64,000 nucleotides of DNA from the NCBI RefSeq assembly GCF_036321535.1, contig NC_087447.1, forward strand, positions 47,556,001 to 47,620,000, in the 5' to 3' direction. Shown here in pieces: positions 25,110 to 39,240 of the stretch. Source of the DNA: Camelus dromedarius (taxonomy: Eukaryota). The position numbers were made by a program, and so were the translations under genes. Below the pieces are notes generated by a model. The model searched no databases. It was not told the origin of the DNA and saw nothing but the letters and a program-made list of their open reading frames with translations. How positions within the stretch are numbered: the first letter of the stretch is position 1; each line of letters opens with the position of its first letter.

Positions 25110-28100
25110 TGGATTTCTGTTTCCAGGCAAGATGGAATATCAGTGATTAGATTTACATTTCTTCCATAAACAACTAAAAACATTGTTCAACATATATGAA
25201 AGAACAAGTTTTCCAGACAGTGGACATCATGTGAAAAAGGTCAGCGATCCCTGGAGGATGGGAAACAATTTCCCCAACTCACTGTCTGAAGAAAGTTTCC
25301 AGGCTGAGATACAGCAGGAGTGGACCCAGGCAGAAGATAATGGTCTCCGTGAATTGAGGATACGGAACTGGAAATACAGGAAGGCCAGAGTGGCTAGAGT
25401 ACGCAGGGAAGAGTAATGCAGGAGAGAGAAATGCATAGAGAGAACTCTGGAAATCTGCAGAGGGTCCCCAGCAAGTCTTCAGTTAAGTACTAACCCGCAC
25501 GTGTACATCAAGAACTATCTGAAGCCAGTGATAGAACCACCCAAAGGATTAGCAGGAAAAATCCTCAGTGCTCACATCAGTCTGGAAATATTTCCTGTTT
25601 CTTCTTAACAGAGTAGAAAACCTCATAAGGCATAAGGTACCAGGTAGAGAACTCAGAAAATCAATAGACTTAAATAACACTATAAACCAACTTGACTTAA
25701 CTGACATTTACAGAACATAACACCTAGCAACAGCAGATTATACATTCTTTTCAAGTACACATGGAACATTTACCAAGATATACTATATACTGTGCCACAA
25801 AACAAGTGTCAATAAATTTAAAGTGTATTTACTTTTAAAGTATGTCAATAAATTCAAGTATGTTGTCTGACCATAATGGAAATAAATTAGAAATCAATAA
25901 TAAAAAGATATCTGTAAAACCCTCCAATATTTGGAAACTCAACAACACTTCAAAACAACCCATGAATCAAAGAAGAATTTAAATGGCCAATTAGAAAATA
26001 TTTAAAACTGAATGAAAATAATAACACAATGTATCTGAATTTGTGTGGTGGAGCTTAAGCAACACGTAGAAGGAAATGTTTAGCACCAAATGCCTATATT
26101 GGAAAAGAAGGAAAGTCTCACATCAATGACCTTGGCTTCCACGTTAAAAAAATCAGGAAAGAGCAAATTAAATGCAAACTAATCAGAATAAAGGAAATAA
26201 TAAAAACTACAGCGGAGATCAATAAAATAGAAAACAAAACAAAAAACAGGGAAAAAGTCAGTGAAATAAAAAGCTGGTTTTTTTTGTGAAGATACCTCAA
26301 ATTGATAAACCTCTAGCAGAATGATCAGGGGAAAAAAGAGACACAAATAACCAATATCAGGAATAAGAAATGTGATGCCATTATAGATTCTCCAGACAAC
26401 CAAAGAATAATAAAAATATTATGAACAACTTTATGCTAATAAATTTGGCAACTCAGATGGAATCGACAAATTTCTTGAAAGACACAAATGATCAAAGCCC
26501 ACTCAAGAAGACTAACTTGAATAACTCTATATCTATTAAAGAAATTGAGTTTGTTGTATTAAAAACTCCCACCAAAAAAAAAAAAAAAAAACAAACCCTC
26601 CAGGCCGAGGTAACTGTTCTGGTGAAGTCTACCAAAAATTTAAAGAAGGAAAATATTCTACATAAGCTTTCAGAAAATTGAAGAGGAGGGGATATTTTTT
26701 CAAATTATTTTATGAGACATGCATTATATCAAAACCAGAAAAACATTATAAGAAAACTATAAAGTATCTGCCATATATAGAGATATAAAAATGCTTATCA
26801 AAATTTAAACAAGTCAATTCCAATCAACATATAAAAAGGATAATATATCATGATCCAGTGGAATTCATCAAGAATGTGAAATTGGTTTACTATCTGAAAA
26901 ATCATCAATGCACTTCACCGTATTAACAAACTAAAAAAGAAAAAAAAATCATTCGACAAGATCCAACATCCACTTCTATCAGCAAACTTAAATAAAAATA
27001 GAGAAAACTTCCTTGACATGGTAAAGGGCATCTGCAAAAATCCTACTGTGAACATCACACTTAATGGTGAAAGATCAAATGCTTTCCCTAAGTTCGGGAA
27101 CAAGCCAAGAGCATCTGTTGGTTCTCACCACTTCTATTCCAGCATTGTACTAGATTGCAGTTGTTAAGTAAGGAGAAAAAAAGGGGATCATGGAAGGAAA
27201 AAGAAGGCACCTGAACTGGAAAGGAAGAAGTAAAACTGTCTTTATATATAGGTGACATGATTATTTGTATAGAAAATCTCCATAAAAGCTACAAAAACTA
27301 ATAAACGAGTTAGCAATGTTGTAGGATAGAAAATCAATATACAAAGATCAACTATTTCTATATGTTAGCAATGAACAATTGGAAATTGAAATAAAAAAAA
27401 TCACTACAATAGCATAAAAAACTATGAACTAGACATAAGTCTGACAAAAGATGTGCAAGACCTATGCACTGAAAACTACAAAATACTGCTGAGAGAAATA
27501 AAAGACAATTGGAAGACTCAATATTGTTAAGATGTCAAATGTCTTCAAACTGGTCCACAGATTCACTGCAATCCTACTGAAAAAATCCTGGTAGGTTTTC
27601 TGGTAGAAAACTGATTTTAAAATTCATATGGAAATGCAAAGGAAAGAGAATATCCAAAACAACTTTGAAAAAGAAGAAAACTGGAAGATTTACGCTAATT
27701 GACTTCAGGACTTTAAAGTTACAATAATTCATACAGAGTAGCACAGTCATCAAGCTAGACAAATAGATCAGTGGAACAGAACAGGAAGTCCAAAAATAGA
27801 GCCACACATATATGGTTAGTTAATTTTTGACAAAGATGTGAAGGCAATTCAGCGGAGAATGGACAGTCTTCTCAACAACAACAAAAAAGAACTTTTACTC
27901 ACTCTTCTTACTTAACTCACACTGAATCAGATTTAAATGTAAAACCTAAAACTATAAAACTTCCAGAAGAAAACACAGGAGAAAATCTTTATGACTTTGG
28001 CTTAGGCAAAGATTTATTAGCTATCATACCAAAGTGTGATCCATAAAAGAAAAAAAATTAGTTGGATTTCATCAAAATTAAAAATTTCTGCTCTTTAAAA

Positions 28101-29090
28101 GACACTGTTAAGAAGACCCCCCCCCAAAAAAAAAAAAGCTATAGACTGGGAGAAAATTACGTTAAGTCATATATCTGATAAAGGATTTGTATCCAGAATA
28201 TAACAAAACTCTCAAAACTCAATAAAAAGAAAACAAACAACCTAATAAAATTTAGTTGAAAGATCTGCACAGACACTTCACTGAAGAATATACACAGAGG
28301 CAAATAAGCATATGAAAAGATGCTCAACATTATTAGTGAAATGCAAATTAGAACTACAATGATACACTACTATCTAATGCATACCTATTAGAATATCTAA
28401 AATTGAAAAGATCGATCAGGTTACCAGGAGGGGAAGGGGGTGGGAAGGAATAAGTTGGGAGTTAGAGATTTGCAGATACTAACTACTTTACATGAAATAG
28501 ATAAAAAACAAGTTTCTTTTGTATAGCACAGGTAACTATATTCAATATCTTGCAGTAATCTATAATGAAAAAGAATACGAAAATGAATATATGTATGACT
28601 GAAACATGTTGTACACCAGAGTTGACACAACATTGTAAATGGACTACACTACCAAAAAAAAAAAAGAAAGATCGACCAAACTAAGTGTTGGCACTGTTGT
28701 GGAACAACTGGAACACTAGTACTCTATTGATGGGAATGTAAAATGGTACAACCACCTGCTTTGGAAAACAGTCTGACAGTTTCCTACAATGTTAAACATA
28801 TAGCCACCAGATGACCCAGCCAAAACATACATTCATAGCAGTTTTACTTGTAATAGCCCCAAACAATTCAAATGCCCATTGTCAGGTGAATGGATAAACA
28901 AATTGTGGTATGTTCATACAACAGAATACTACTCAGCAATTAAACTAAGTACTGAGACATGCAACAACATGGATGATTCTCAAAATAATCATGCTAAGTG
29001 AAAGAAGCCAGACAAAGCCAAGTGTACACTTTTAAATACATGCAGTCTATTGTATGTCAATTATATTTCAGCAAAACAGTCAAAAAATAT
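25110..29090 (+). mobile_element. Decayed L1 (L1M-type) with ORF2 remnants
   Basis: Frameshifted ORF2 motifs across 25660-28400; 5'UTR-like start near caagatgg (25129); old-type 3' end near 29080. Confidence 0.85.
28419..28666 (+). mobile_element. Younger L1 3' end nested in the older L1
   Basis: ggttaccagg...gtatagcacagg...cattgtaaat, poly(A); TSD aaagatcga[t/c]ca at 28407-28418 and 28667-28678. Confidence 0.85.
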
Positions 29091-29489
29091 CAGTAGAGCT
29101 TGGGATTTTTTTTTTTTTTGATAGAACACTTTGATTTTCCATCAAAAGAAAACCCATGCACAGAAAATTCATGGATCCAGAATCCATTCCTTTCATTGAA
29201 AGGTTATTTAAATTTAACTATAATTTTACAGGATAATTATTGAGACTAGCAACTGAAGAAGAGCTGAAGATGAATTTTTTTTTTTTAAACTTCAGCATCT
29301 ACCTTGTAAAGCTTGGAAACTTTAATGACAACTGGTCACACAGTATTTCAAGATGCTGTAAGACCATTAATTACATTAAAAACAGGACAGTCAATGATGA
29401 TTCAACAGAGCTTAAAGGGGAAAAAAATCAATAGCAATGGAAATGAATCATGATAAAGGTTAAAGGAATAAAAGGGGCATCCACAGAGT

Positions 29490-29710
29490 AAGAAAGTATG
29501 CTAAAGAGCAGGCCTTTAGAGGCACATATATCTGAATTCTAACTCCAGCTCTCTCCACTTACTAGCTATGTGCTGTCAGGAGAGATAGTTAATTCTTCCA
29601 AGTCTATCTTCTTGTCTGTAATACATTCAGGACTGTTGTGATCATTAACTGAAATAATGTATGAATGTGCCTGACAGTACCTGGTACAGAATAGATGCTT
29701 TACCAATGTG
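29490..29710 (+). mobile_element. MIR SINE
   Basis: ctgaattctaactccagctctctccacttactagctatgtg...gtgcctgaca. Confidence 0.65.
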
Positions 29711-30129
29711 AATTCCCTCCTTTTGGTAGTATTTTAAGCTTTGTGGATGGTAGAACTGGAGTAAACTGCTTATCTTCAGGTTCAGATGAATATTTCTGAA
29801 CATGTACTATGTATAAGGATCTGTGTCAGGCATTTGTTATGGCTGTGCAGGAAGTAAAAGAACATGATACTGCTAGAGACACTTCTCCGAGAAGTGAAAT
29901 TCTCTACATCTTTTCAATGCCCATCTTTGGTCTTGGCTGTCAGTGAGACTAGTTCTCTCAATCTGTAGACACCAACTCAACAGACATTATATGCAGCTAG
30001 GTAATTCCCAGCACCCAGCAAAGGGTCTCATGAGCAGTGCAGGCTCAATACATGCTTACTGAATTGAATTAAACTGATCCTACTAGGAATTGGAAATGTC
30101 AGTTTCATTAAAAACTATTGGCATTTTGA

Positions 30130-30273
30130 ATATACAGGATCTTGTGGTGGCTCATAGTGAAAGAGAATGTGACAATGAATGTATGTATGTTCATGTATAA
30201 CTGAAAAATTGTGCTCTACACTAGAATTTGACACATTGTAAAATGACCATAACTCAATAAAAAAATGTTAAAA
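30130..30273 (+). mobile_element. Short young L1 3' end
   Basis: Matches the tail of the 45118-45795 element; AATAAA then A-tail; identical TSD aaaaactattggcattttga at 30110-30129 and 30274-30293. Confidence 0.9.
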
Positions 30274-32209
30274 AAAAACTATTGGCATTTTGAGTATGGA
30301 GTTTAGTCCATTAAAAAGACCACTGCACATTTGGAAATACTGTAAATATAAAAGTGACTGAAAATTTCTGCAGTTACATTCCATTATCTTCTACACTTTA
30401 CATTTATTTCATTACAAAAACCCACTGTTTCTTTTTCTTTGGGATTTAGCTCAAGTCAACAAACAGATTTTCGTATTTCAAATACAAAACCCACTGGATG
30501 CAAGGAGTGTAAGGCATTACTGAGGCAGATGGGAACCAAATTACCATCCTAAAGAAATCTTTAATATTGCCTTTCAAACACATATTCAGCATGGTCTTTA
30601 TAATGAGTGGAGTTAGAATTTACTTCTAACTTTGCAAAATGCGCATATTCTTAGGGAGGCTTTACAACAGAGTATATGTCATGGTGCCTTTGTATAGCAG
30701 TTTGGGGAAGTGGCCAAAGACAAGAAAGTCATGTAAACACTGTCAGCTATAGCTTGAGAATCTAGGGGGAAAAAAGAACAAAAATGAACTAATCTCAATC
30801 AAAGAATCTCTGACCCAGTAATTCTACTTCTAAGAATCTATATTACAGAAAAAAACCACAAGTATGAAAAAAAGAAATATGTATACAAATGTTTTTAAGA
30901 TTATTATTTAGAATATCTGGAGGCAATTTAAATATTAAACCTAAAGAGAACAGTTAAGCGAACACATTCCTAATGGAATACCATACAGACATGAACAAGA
31001 TGATTATGAAGATCATCCCACAATATGGAATGCTAGATAAAAAAACATACAAAATTACCTTTATTATGATGAATATGTTTTAAAAAGGAATAGTAGAAAA
31101 AGGAAGGAATTACATCAAATTGCTAACAGTGGTGTTATAAGGATGGAGCTTTTGGTCATTTTTTTCTTAACCATACTTTCTAATTTTTTTGTTATCTAGT
31201 TACATAAATTTTCTATTTTAAAATTAATGTAATTTAAAAATTAGGTTGTAAACTAGGTATGGGTTTTTGAGTAAGAGGAGGCAAGAAAATAAGAGAAGGG
31301 AGGGATGACAGACAGAAGGCGTGACTGGGTCACTGGCAGCAATCCAATCATAGGAAGTTGTATGTAGGCTCTGGTTAACCATCAATTGAAAAATTATATC
31401 AGAATCCTCTCCTTTTGAAAAAATGTTGCTATATTCTGTGATTTTTTTTCTTCTCAGTCCTATATTCTGTACTCCAGCATAATACAGAAGGCAAAGAGTT
31501 AACACTCAAGTAAATTTAGTTCCTTCCTTATTCTATAAGGCTAATAGATGGTACATTTTAAGAACATTTATCTTCTATCAGGCACTTTATTTACACTGAT
31601 AATGTCCAACAGTAGTATTAACCATATTTTCCAGATGGAAAGGAATTTTAAACCTGATGACTAATGCTTTTGTTGGCATCTATGATGGAAGAAATAATTT
31701 GGCCCCCAGAACGTGTATTTCTGCTCTGTGCTCCTAGCCAGTTGTCAGTGTGAAGAGATACAACTCCCTCTGTATTATTTCAGGCTGTTATTTAAAATCA
31801 GGCTAAATAAATATAGGGACTTCATTAAGCTATTTTGTGCCTATATCTTTCTTTTATTTATATTGTTAATAGAACTTCCACAAAATATATTCCTCAGCTG
31901 AAAGTTGGAAGACACAGGCTCCGTAAGAGTGACTAAAGGGAAGAAAAAAGTGGAATGGGATTGCAAAATGCTCCTTTCACAGATATGTCTCTAGGTGATC
32001 TGATGTTCTGTGACAGTTGTTAAAAATACCAGTTTATTCAACACCACCAGACTGTACTACTCACTGCCAGACACCATACTAGGGACATCATCATTTTCTT
32101 CCTTCACACCCTGAAGCTCTTGTTTTTTTCCTGTTAAAATTCCTCAAGAATTGTCTCAAATGACATTTCCTTCATGGGGCAAACTTCTTTCCGATTTTTT
32201 TAGCTGGTA

Positions 32210-34530
32210 CAGCATACCTTGGAGATATTGGTGTGGGTTTGGTTCCACACCATTGTGATGAAGAGATTATTCCAATAAAGTGAGTCACATGAATTTTTTG
32301 GTTTCCCAGTGCACATAAAGTTGTATTTACTGTCGTTATTAAGCATACAATAGTATTATGCCTAAAAAAATAATGCACATACCCTAATTAAGAAACACTT
32401 TATTGCCAAAAAACACTAACCATCATCAGAGTCTTCTGAGAGTCATAATCTTTGTTAGTAAAAGGGTCTTTTGCCTGGAATGTTGATGGCTGCTGACCGG
32501 TCAGGGTGGTGCTTGCTGAAGGTTGGGTAGTTGTGGCAATTTCTTAAAATAAGACAATGAAGTTTGCTGCACTGATTGACTCTTCCTCTCACAAATAATT
32601 TCTCTGTAGTATGCAGTGCTATTTGATAGCATTTTACCCACGTGGAACTTCTTTCAGAACTGGAGTAGTCTTCTCAAACCCTACCACTGCTTTATCAACT
32701 AACTCTAAATCTTCTGCTGTCATATCAATAATCCTCACAGCACCTTCACAAGAAGCAGATTCCACCTCAAGAAACTACTTTCTTTGCTCATCCAGAAGAA
32801 GCAACTCTTAATCCGTTGAAATTTTATGATGAGATTGCAGCAATTCAGTCACATCTTTAGGCTCCACTTCTAATGTTAGTTCTCTAGCTATTTCCACCAC
32901 ATCTGCAGTTACTTCCTCCACTAAAGTCTTGAATTCCTCAAAGTCATGTGTGAGGGTTGGAATCAACTTCTTCCAAACTCCTGTTCATGTTGATATTTTG
33001 ACTTCTTCTCATGAATTACGAATGTCCTAAATGGCATCTAGAATGGTGAATCCTTTCCAGAAGGTTTTCAATTGACTTTGCTCAGATCCATCAGAGAAAT
33101 CACTATTTACGGCAGCTACAGACTTATGAAATGCATTACTTAAATTGTAAGACTCGAACATCAAAATTACTCCTTGATCCATGAACTACAGAATGGATGC
33201 TGTGCTAGCAGTCATGAAAACAACATGAATCTTGTACATTTCCATCAAAGCTCTTAAGTGACCAGGTGCACTGTCAATGAGTATATATTTTGAAAGAAAA
33301 TCTTTTTTCTCTGAACAGTGGGCTTAAAATATTCAGAAAACCATGTTGTAAACAGATGTACTGTCATCCAGGCTTTGTTGTTCCATTTATAGAGCACAGG
33401 CAGAGTAGATTTAGCATAACTATTAAGGGCCTTAGGATTTTTGGAAAGGTAAATGAACACTGGCTTCAACTTAAAGTCACCAACTTCATTAGCCCGTAAC
33501 AAGAGAGTCAGCCTGTCCTTTGAAGCTTTGAAGCCAGGTGTTGACTTCTCCTTTCTAGCTGTGAAAGTCCTAGAGGCATGCTTCCCAAGGCTGGTGTATC
33601 TACACTGAAAACCTATTGTTTAGTGTAGCTGCCATCATCAATGATCTCAGCTAGATCTTCTGGATAACTGGCTGCAGCTTCTACATCAGCACTTGCTGCT
33701 ACACCTTGTACTTTTATGTTATGGAGACAGTTTTTTTTTCCTTAAACCTCATGAACCAACCTCTGCTAGCTTCAAATTTTTCTTCAGCTTCCTCACCTCT
33801 CTCAGCCTTCAGAGAACTGAAGAGAGTTAGGGCCTTGTTTTAGCTCAAGTGAATGTTGTGGTTAGTCTGATTTTCTACCCAGAACACTAAAACTTCCTCC
33901 CTATCAGTCATAAGGCTGTTTTGCTTATCATTCATGTATTCACTGGAGCAGCACTTTCAATTTCCTTCAAGAACCTTTCCTTTGCATTCACAACATGGCT
34001 AATTGGCTCAAGAGGCCTAGCTTTCAGCCTATCTCAGCTTTTGACATGCTTTCCTCCCTAAGCTTAATCATTTCTAGCTTTTGATTTAAACTGAGAGATG
34101 TGCAATTCTTCCTTTCACTTGAACACTTTGTAGGTTATTAATTGGCCTCATTTCAATATTGCTGCATCTCAGGGAACAGGGAGGCCAGAGGAGAGGGAGA
34201 GAGAGGGGGAATGGCTGGTTGGTGGAGCAGTCAGAACACACACAATATTTATCAATTAAGTTTGTTGTCTTTTAATGAGTGCACTTCATGGCACCCCAAA
34301 ACATTACAACGGTAATACCACAGATTACTAAAACAAATATAATAATAATGAAAAAGTTTAAAATACTGTGAGAATCACCAAAATGTGAAAGAGACACAAA
34401 GTGAGCAAATGCTGTTAGAAAAATAGTGTACAATAGACTTGTTCAATGCAGGGTTGCCACAAACATTCAATTTGTGAAAAATGTAATTATCTGTGAAGCT
34501 CAGTAAAGTGAAGTGCAACAAAATGAGATC
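32210..34530 (-). mobile_element. Tigger1 DNA transposon (TcMar/pogo), near full length and decayed
   Basis: ta|cagcataccttggagat terminus; transposase remnant [11 protein letters not shown]...[17 protein letters not shown]...[10 protein letters not shown] (33254-33502); other end gtaaagtgaagtgcaacaaaatgag with eroded TIR. Confidence 0.92.
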
Positions 34531-34722
34531 TATTAAGCTTTACTGACAGCATTTCACAAAATCATTTGATTTTTAGAGTTGAAGGAGATTCTTAGGATCT
34601 CTGATACCCAGAGAAAAGTGACTTTTTCCAAGGTGTGTTGATGAGTTAAGAGTTAGCAATTTTGAGTTTGCTACACAATAGCCCAGTCATACACTGCCAT
34701 GTATCATTAAGATCCATAAAGG

Positions 34723-34866
34723 GTAGGGGAGGGTATAGCTCAAGTGGTAGAGCGCATGCTTAGCATGCATGAGGTCCTGGGTTCAATCCCCACTACCTCC
34801 TCTAAGAATCAATCAATCAATCAATCAATCCATCAAATTACCTCCCCCCACCAAAAAAAAAAAAAA
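34723..34866 (+). mobile_element. tRNA-Ala-derived SINE (camelid vic-1-like)
   Basis: ggggagggtatagctcaagtggtagagcgcatgcttagcatgcatgaggtcctgggttcaatcccc; (AATC)n and A tail; TSD atccataaagg on both sides. Confidence 0.9.
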
Positions 34867-35569
34867 AATCCATAAAGGTTTGTCTGCTCTACCAGCTTGC
34901 AACCTCTTTGAGGAGAGAGACCAAGTCTTGTTCATCTCTGATAGGTCTAGGAAGTAGGCATATAGGTGGTAAATGCCTGCCCAGTTGATTAAGTTAGAAA
35001 AGGTACTAGCCTGAAAAAAATCATGGGTATAATTGGTTGCCAACAGTACTGCTGAAGAAGCTAAAAGCAAGTATGTGCCTGGAAATAAATTGCTATCATC
35101 ATAAGTTCTGTTAAACAGGATAACCTAAAGTAGATGAAAACTGTGACTTTTAAAATATCCAGCAGGAAGAGACATTCCATGACACAGAGCAACTCTGTTG
35201 TACTGGAAACAGGGCAAACTCTTCTAACCCCAAAGTCAGATGGGTAGTATGTGCCTGTTTTCCCCAGCTGAATTATCATTAATAGTGAAATAAAAATAAA
35301 CCTTCAATAGATTGTTTTTCCTTAAAATGCACACCCACACACAATCCTTTTTAAATGTGCAAGTATATCTCATTAGAAAATCAGATATGTGAAAAAATTG
35401 ACAAACCTTCCAGGAATGTTCTTAGACTTTGGCCAGATTCTCTAGCAAGGATTCCTTTTATCTGAAGGGCATAAGCATTGAAGAGGCACTATGAATATAG
35501 TGGGAAGTTGGGAGATTATAGAATTTTAGCTTTTAGTTTGCTACTACTATTCCATCTATCTGTCTATCC

Positions 35570-35780
35570 ATTAATCCACTGCATTCTTCAACAGATATTT
35601 ATTGAGTACCTACTGTGCCAGGCACTTTGCTGTGCAGAGCACTGAACAAGGAAGACACAGAAATTACATTCCAGAGAGGGAGATAGACAATAAACAAAAG
35701 AAAACAAGTCAAGAAGACAAGTACAGATTGTAATAAATGCCATAAGGAAATAAACTGGATGAGACAGAGTGGTAGAGAGA
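35570..35780 (-). mobile_element. L2 3' fragment
   Basis: cattcttcaacagatatttattgagtacctactgtgccaggcact. Confidence 0.75.
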
Positions 35781-36471
35781 CAGCAGCAGAAAATATTTCA
35801 GTCTGACCAGCTAGGCATCATATATCTACCCATGTAGTATCAGGCAAATCACTGAACTTTTCTGATACTCAGATCTTCAGGATGAAAAACTAAGGTTGAA
35901 CTGGATGACATCAGAGTGGAAAAAGCCTTGGACTTGAAGTAAGAAAACTTTAGCTTGAGTTCTAGCCTTGCTTGTAAAACTATACCTGCAGCACTGTTTC
36001 CCTGATGAAAGATACTGTGAGCAAAGTGTGACAGCCCTTGTGAACTGAAAAGACTATGCCACAGAATAAGAGTATTCCTTTCCCTCCTTTAAGAGTGTTT
36101 ACAACTCTCTGGATGTTTATTCTCATTTACACAGAAGAAAACCTCTGAGAACTCTGAAAATACTCGATTAAAACTTTATTCTGCTACTTTCAGATAAGCA
36201 GCATATCTACTTCATGAATGGAGATAATGATAAGCTTACTAGTGATAGTATACTCTTCACTTCACATTTCTAAAAAGTGCTATTTTTTAATCCTTCTTTC
36301 TTTCCTGCACTGTTTAACTCAATTAGTGACAGACTAAAGGGGAAAAAAAAACAAGCAAAACTATTATTTTTTTCTTTAAAATTTTGGCTATTATCAAGTT
36401 TGGCTACATAATCAAAGAAAAGTATCCTTCTCTGAAAGTCGGCCCAAGACATCTAAGAAGAGAAACCATAC

Positions 36472-36633
36472 CGAGTGCAAGGTTCCATTATTGGTCACTG
36501 CAGGAAGGCGGGCCCATCGCTCGCTTTCCAGCTCTTCCATCACTTGGTTCATTGCACTCTTTAGCCATGTGTCCACAGAAACACCGATTTGCTTTAGTAG
36601 GTCCAGCCGGGCTTCAGCTTTCAACTTAATTAT
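36472..36633 (-). CDS. FCHSD2: FCHSD2 coding exon (coiled coil after F-BAR)
   Basis: tttcttag|ATA ATT AAG...CAC TCG|gtatgg; IIKLKAEARLDLLKQIGVSVDTWLKSAMNQVMEELESERWARLPAVTNNGTLHS. Confidence 0.97.
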
Positions 36634-37116
36634 CTAAGAAAACAGAGAAAATGGTCAGAAATCAAAACTTCTTTTTCTCAAATAGATTGTTAAGTTATTC
36701 CTGACTTATTAATTAGAACAATCTTGGTATTCACAAATAGATATTAATTAATTGTTCACTTGGAGAGAGGGAGAGGGGAAGACTATGGGAGGGGGACACA
36801 AGAACAGGAATCAGAGCCTGCTGACAATGGCAAAAGGCACACTCGCATTTTGACAATACACATCAAATACAACTTCTGAATAGGAAGATATTAATGCATC
36901 ATAAAGTCTGCTTTCTTTTCCTCTTAATAAGGCTATGCCTCAGAACATCCTAAAATTTAGCATTTTCAACAGCCTTCTAACCCATCTCCTGGACTCTTCG
37001 TTCTCCGCTATAATCTATCTTTTACAAGTCTACAAAAGATCTCATCAGTCACTCCCCTGCTTAAAAACTTCCATGATTCCTGACTGCCTGCTGAGTAAAG
37101 ATTTTAAGTTAAATTA

Positions 37117-37820
37117 TGATGCAACTGTCAGAAACAGCAGAAATTGAGAAGAAATAGTTCCTATTGTCCAAACTGAAGAAACTGAAAGAATGCCTATTCT
37201 TTGGCTCTTGTTCCAAGACATGAGCAAGTAACCATAGAACCAGTTTAAACCTGTCCCAATCAAACAGCAACTGCTCTGCTTCAATAGCCAAGCCTCTGAG
37301 TCAATCAGTGACAGCCCCATGCTTCTGCAGGGCAGCCAGTCAACCACAGCCTCACTCCAGTAAGCATCAGTAGTCAAGCTTCCACTCCTGCTTCCCACAG
37401 TCCACCCATCTCTATACACCACAGTTAAAAGTGAGCTCATAGGTAAAACATTCTCAGTTTTGAAAATCTGCCAATCCTTGAAATCCACACTTCTCAAAAT
37501 CTTACATATCAGATGGCTTTGTTCATTGTATTTTTAAAGTATCATTCTTTTTGCTTTAGCAGCTTCATTGTTCCTCATATTAGGATGATGGTCTTTTCTT
37601 TCAACATTTGAAGGCTCCACTGAGATAATTTTGAGGACCTTCACTTGATGGCCTTCTGTGGAACTCCTGGACAATGCAATGTGCTCACTGAGCCCTTCTG
37701 GTATGCAATTTTGATTACTCTCTGAATTCTCAGCTGAGGGAGCTGGTATCAAAAAGGATCTGAGCTCTGACTTTGTTTCCCTGAGTTCTCATTGCTGAAT
37801 TTATTTTTGTACTTCTGAGA
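37117..37820 (+). mobile_element. Old ERV1-like LTR plus start of internal sequence
   Basis: LTR-like segment ending ctttcaaca (~37606), followed by tttgaaggctccactgagat, which resembles the start of MER4-group ERV1 internal regions. Confidence 0.5.
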
Positions 37821-37829
37821 TTTTAAAGT

Positions 37830-39240
37830 GAGATAAAATTTACATTACACAAAATTCACTGTCTTAATCATTTTAAAGTATACAATTCATTGGTTTTGGA
37901 TATCGTATAGACCTTTATATAAAGTATTAGATTTTTTGCTTGGAGGCACACAATTTGGAAAACAGTCTTGTAAAAATCTTATTCTTCTAGTAATTTTTTT
38001 TTGGCAACAACTTTACTGAGATAAAACTCATATACTATACAATTCATCCATTTAAACTGTATAATACAATTGATTTATAGTATATGCACAGATATGTACA
38101 ACTATTACCACAGTCAATTTTAGAATATTTTAATCACCTCCAAAAGAAACCACATATCCTTTAGCTATTGCTCCCTTATCCCTTACTCCCTGTAGACTCT
38201 GGCAACCACTAATCTTTCTCTTTCTACAGATTTGCCTATTCTGAACATTTAATATAAATACAATATATGATCTTTTGTCTGGCTTCTTTCACTTAGCATA
38301 ATGTTTTCAAGGTTCATCCATATTGTAACATGTATCAGTATTTCATTCCTTTTTACGGATACTGTGAAGATGTAACACATTTTGTTTATCCATTTGTCAG
38401 TTGATAGACATCTGGGTTGTTTCCGTTTTTCAGCTAATATGAATAATGTTACTATAAACATTAACATACAAGTTTTTGTGTAGGTATGTGTTTTTATTTC
38501 TCTCAGATATATACCTAGTCATAAAGTACTGGTATGTTTAAATTATTATAGCAAATGTCAGACTATTTTCCAAAGCAGCTGCCTCATTTGATAACCCTAC
38601 CAACAGGGTATGAGGGTTACCACTTCTTCACATCCTGGTGAACACCTGCTAATGTATGCCCTTTTTGATTCTAGTCCTCCTAGTGGGTGTGAAGTGGCAT
38701 CTCATTATGGCTTTGATTTGTATTTCCCTGATGACTAATGATGTCAAGCATCTTTTCATATGCTTATTGATCATTTGTATATCTTCTTCAGGAGAAATGT
38801 CTATTCGGAACCTTTGCCCATTTTTAAATTGGGTTGTCTTTTTATTTATTTATTTATTTTTACCTTTGTCTCTTTATTGTAAGAGTTTTTGTTTTCTAGA
38901 TAAAAGTTCCTATCAAATGCATAATTTGCAAATATTTTTTCCCATTCTGTGGGTTGTCTTTAACTTTCTTGATAGTGTCTTGTGAAGCATAAATGTTTTA
39001 AAATTTTTATTAAGTTGAATTTATCTATTTTTCTCTTTTGTTGCTTGGATTTTTGGTGTCATATCTGGGAAATTAACCCAAGGTCACAAAGACTTATCCC
39101 TATGGTTTCTTGTAAGCGTTTTATAGATTTAGGAGTTACATTTGGGTATTTGATCATTTTGAGTTAATTTCTGTATATGGTATGAAGCAAGGGTCCAGCT
39201 ACATTCTTTTGCATATGGATATCGACTTGTCTCAGCATCA
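37830..39240 (-). mobile_element. Old L1 3' fragments (L1MB-like)
   Basis: Reverse-complement L1 3'UTR/ORF2 end (tggcttctttcacttagcataatg; gtgaagtggcatctcattatggctttgatttg). Confidence 0.85.

Noticed and set aside
31224..31505. 93-aa minus-strand ORF as a hidden FCHSD2 exon or microprotein
   Set aside because: No recognisable homology and no convincing acceptor/donor pair
34726..34800. tRNA-Ala(AGC)-like sequences here and at 22384 and 49308 as real tRNA genes
   Set aside because: They have extra 5' bases, A-rich tails and TSDs, so they are SINE heads
37109..37752. Minus-strand ORFs as a nested gene or pseudogene
   Set aside because: No protein family motifs recognised; better explained as the antisense of an LTR/ERV remnant
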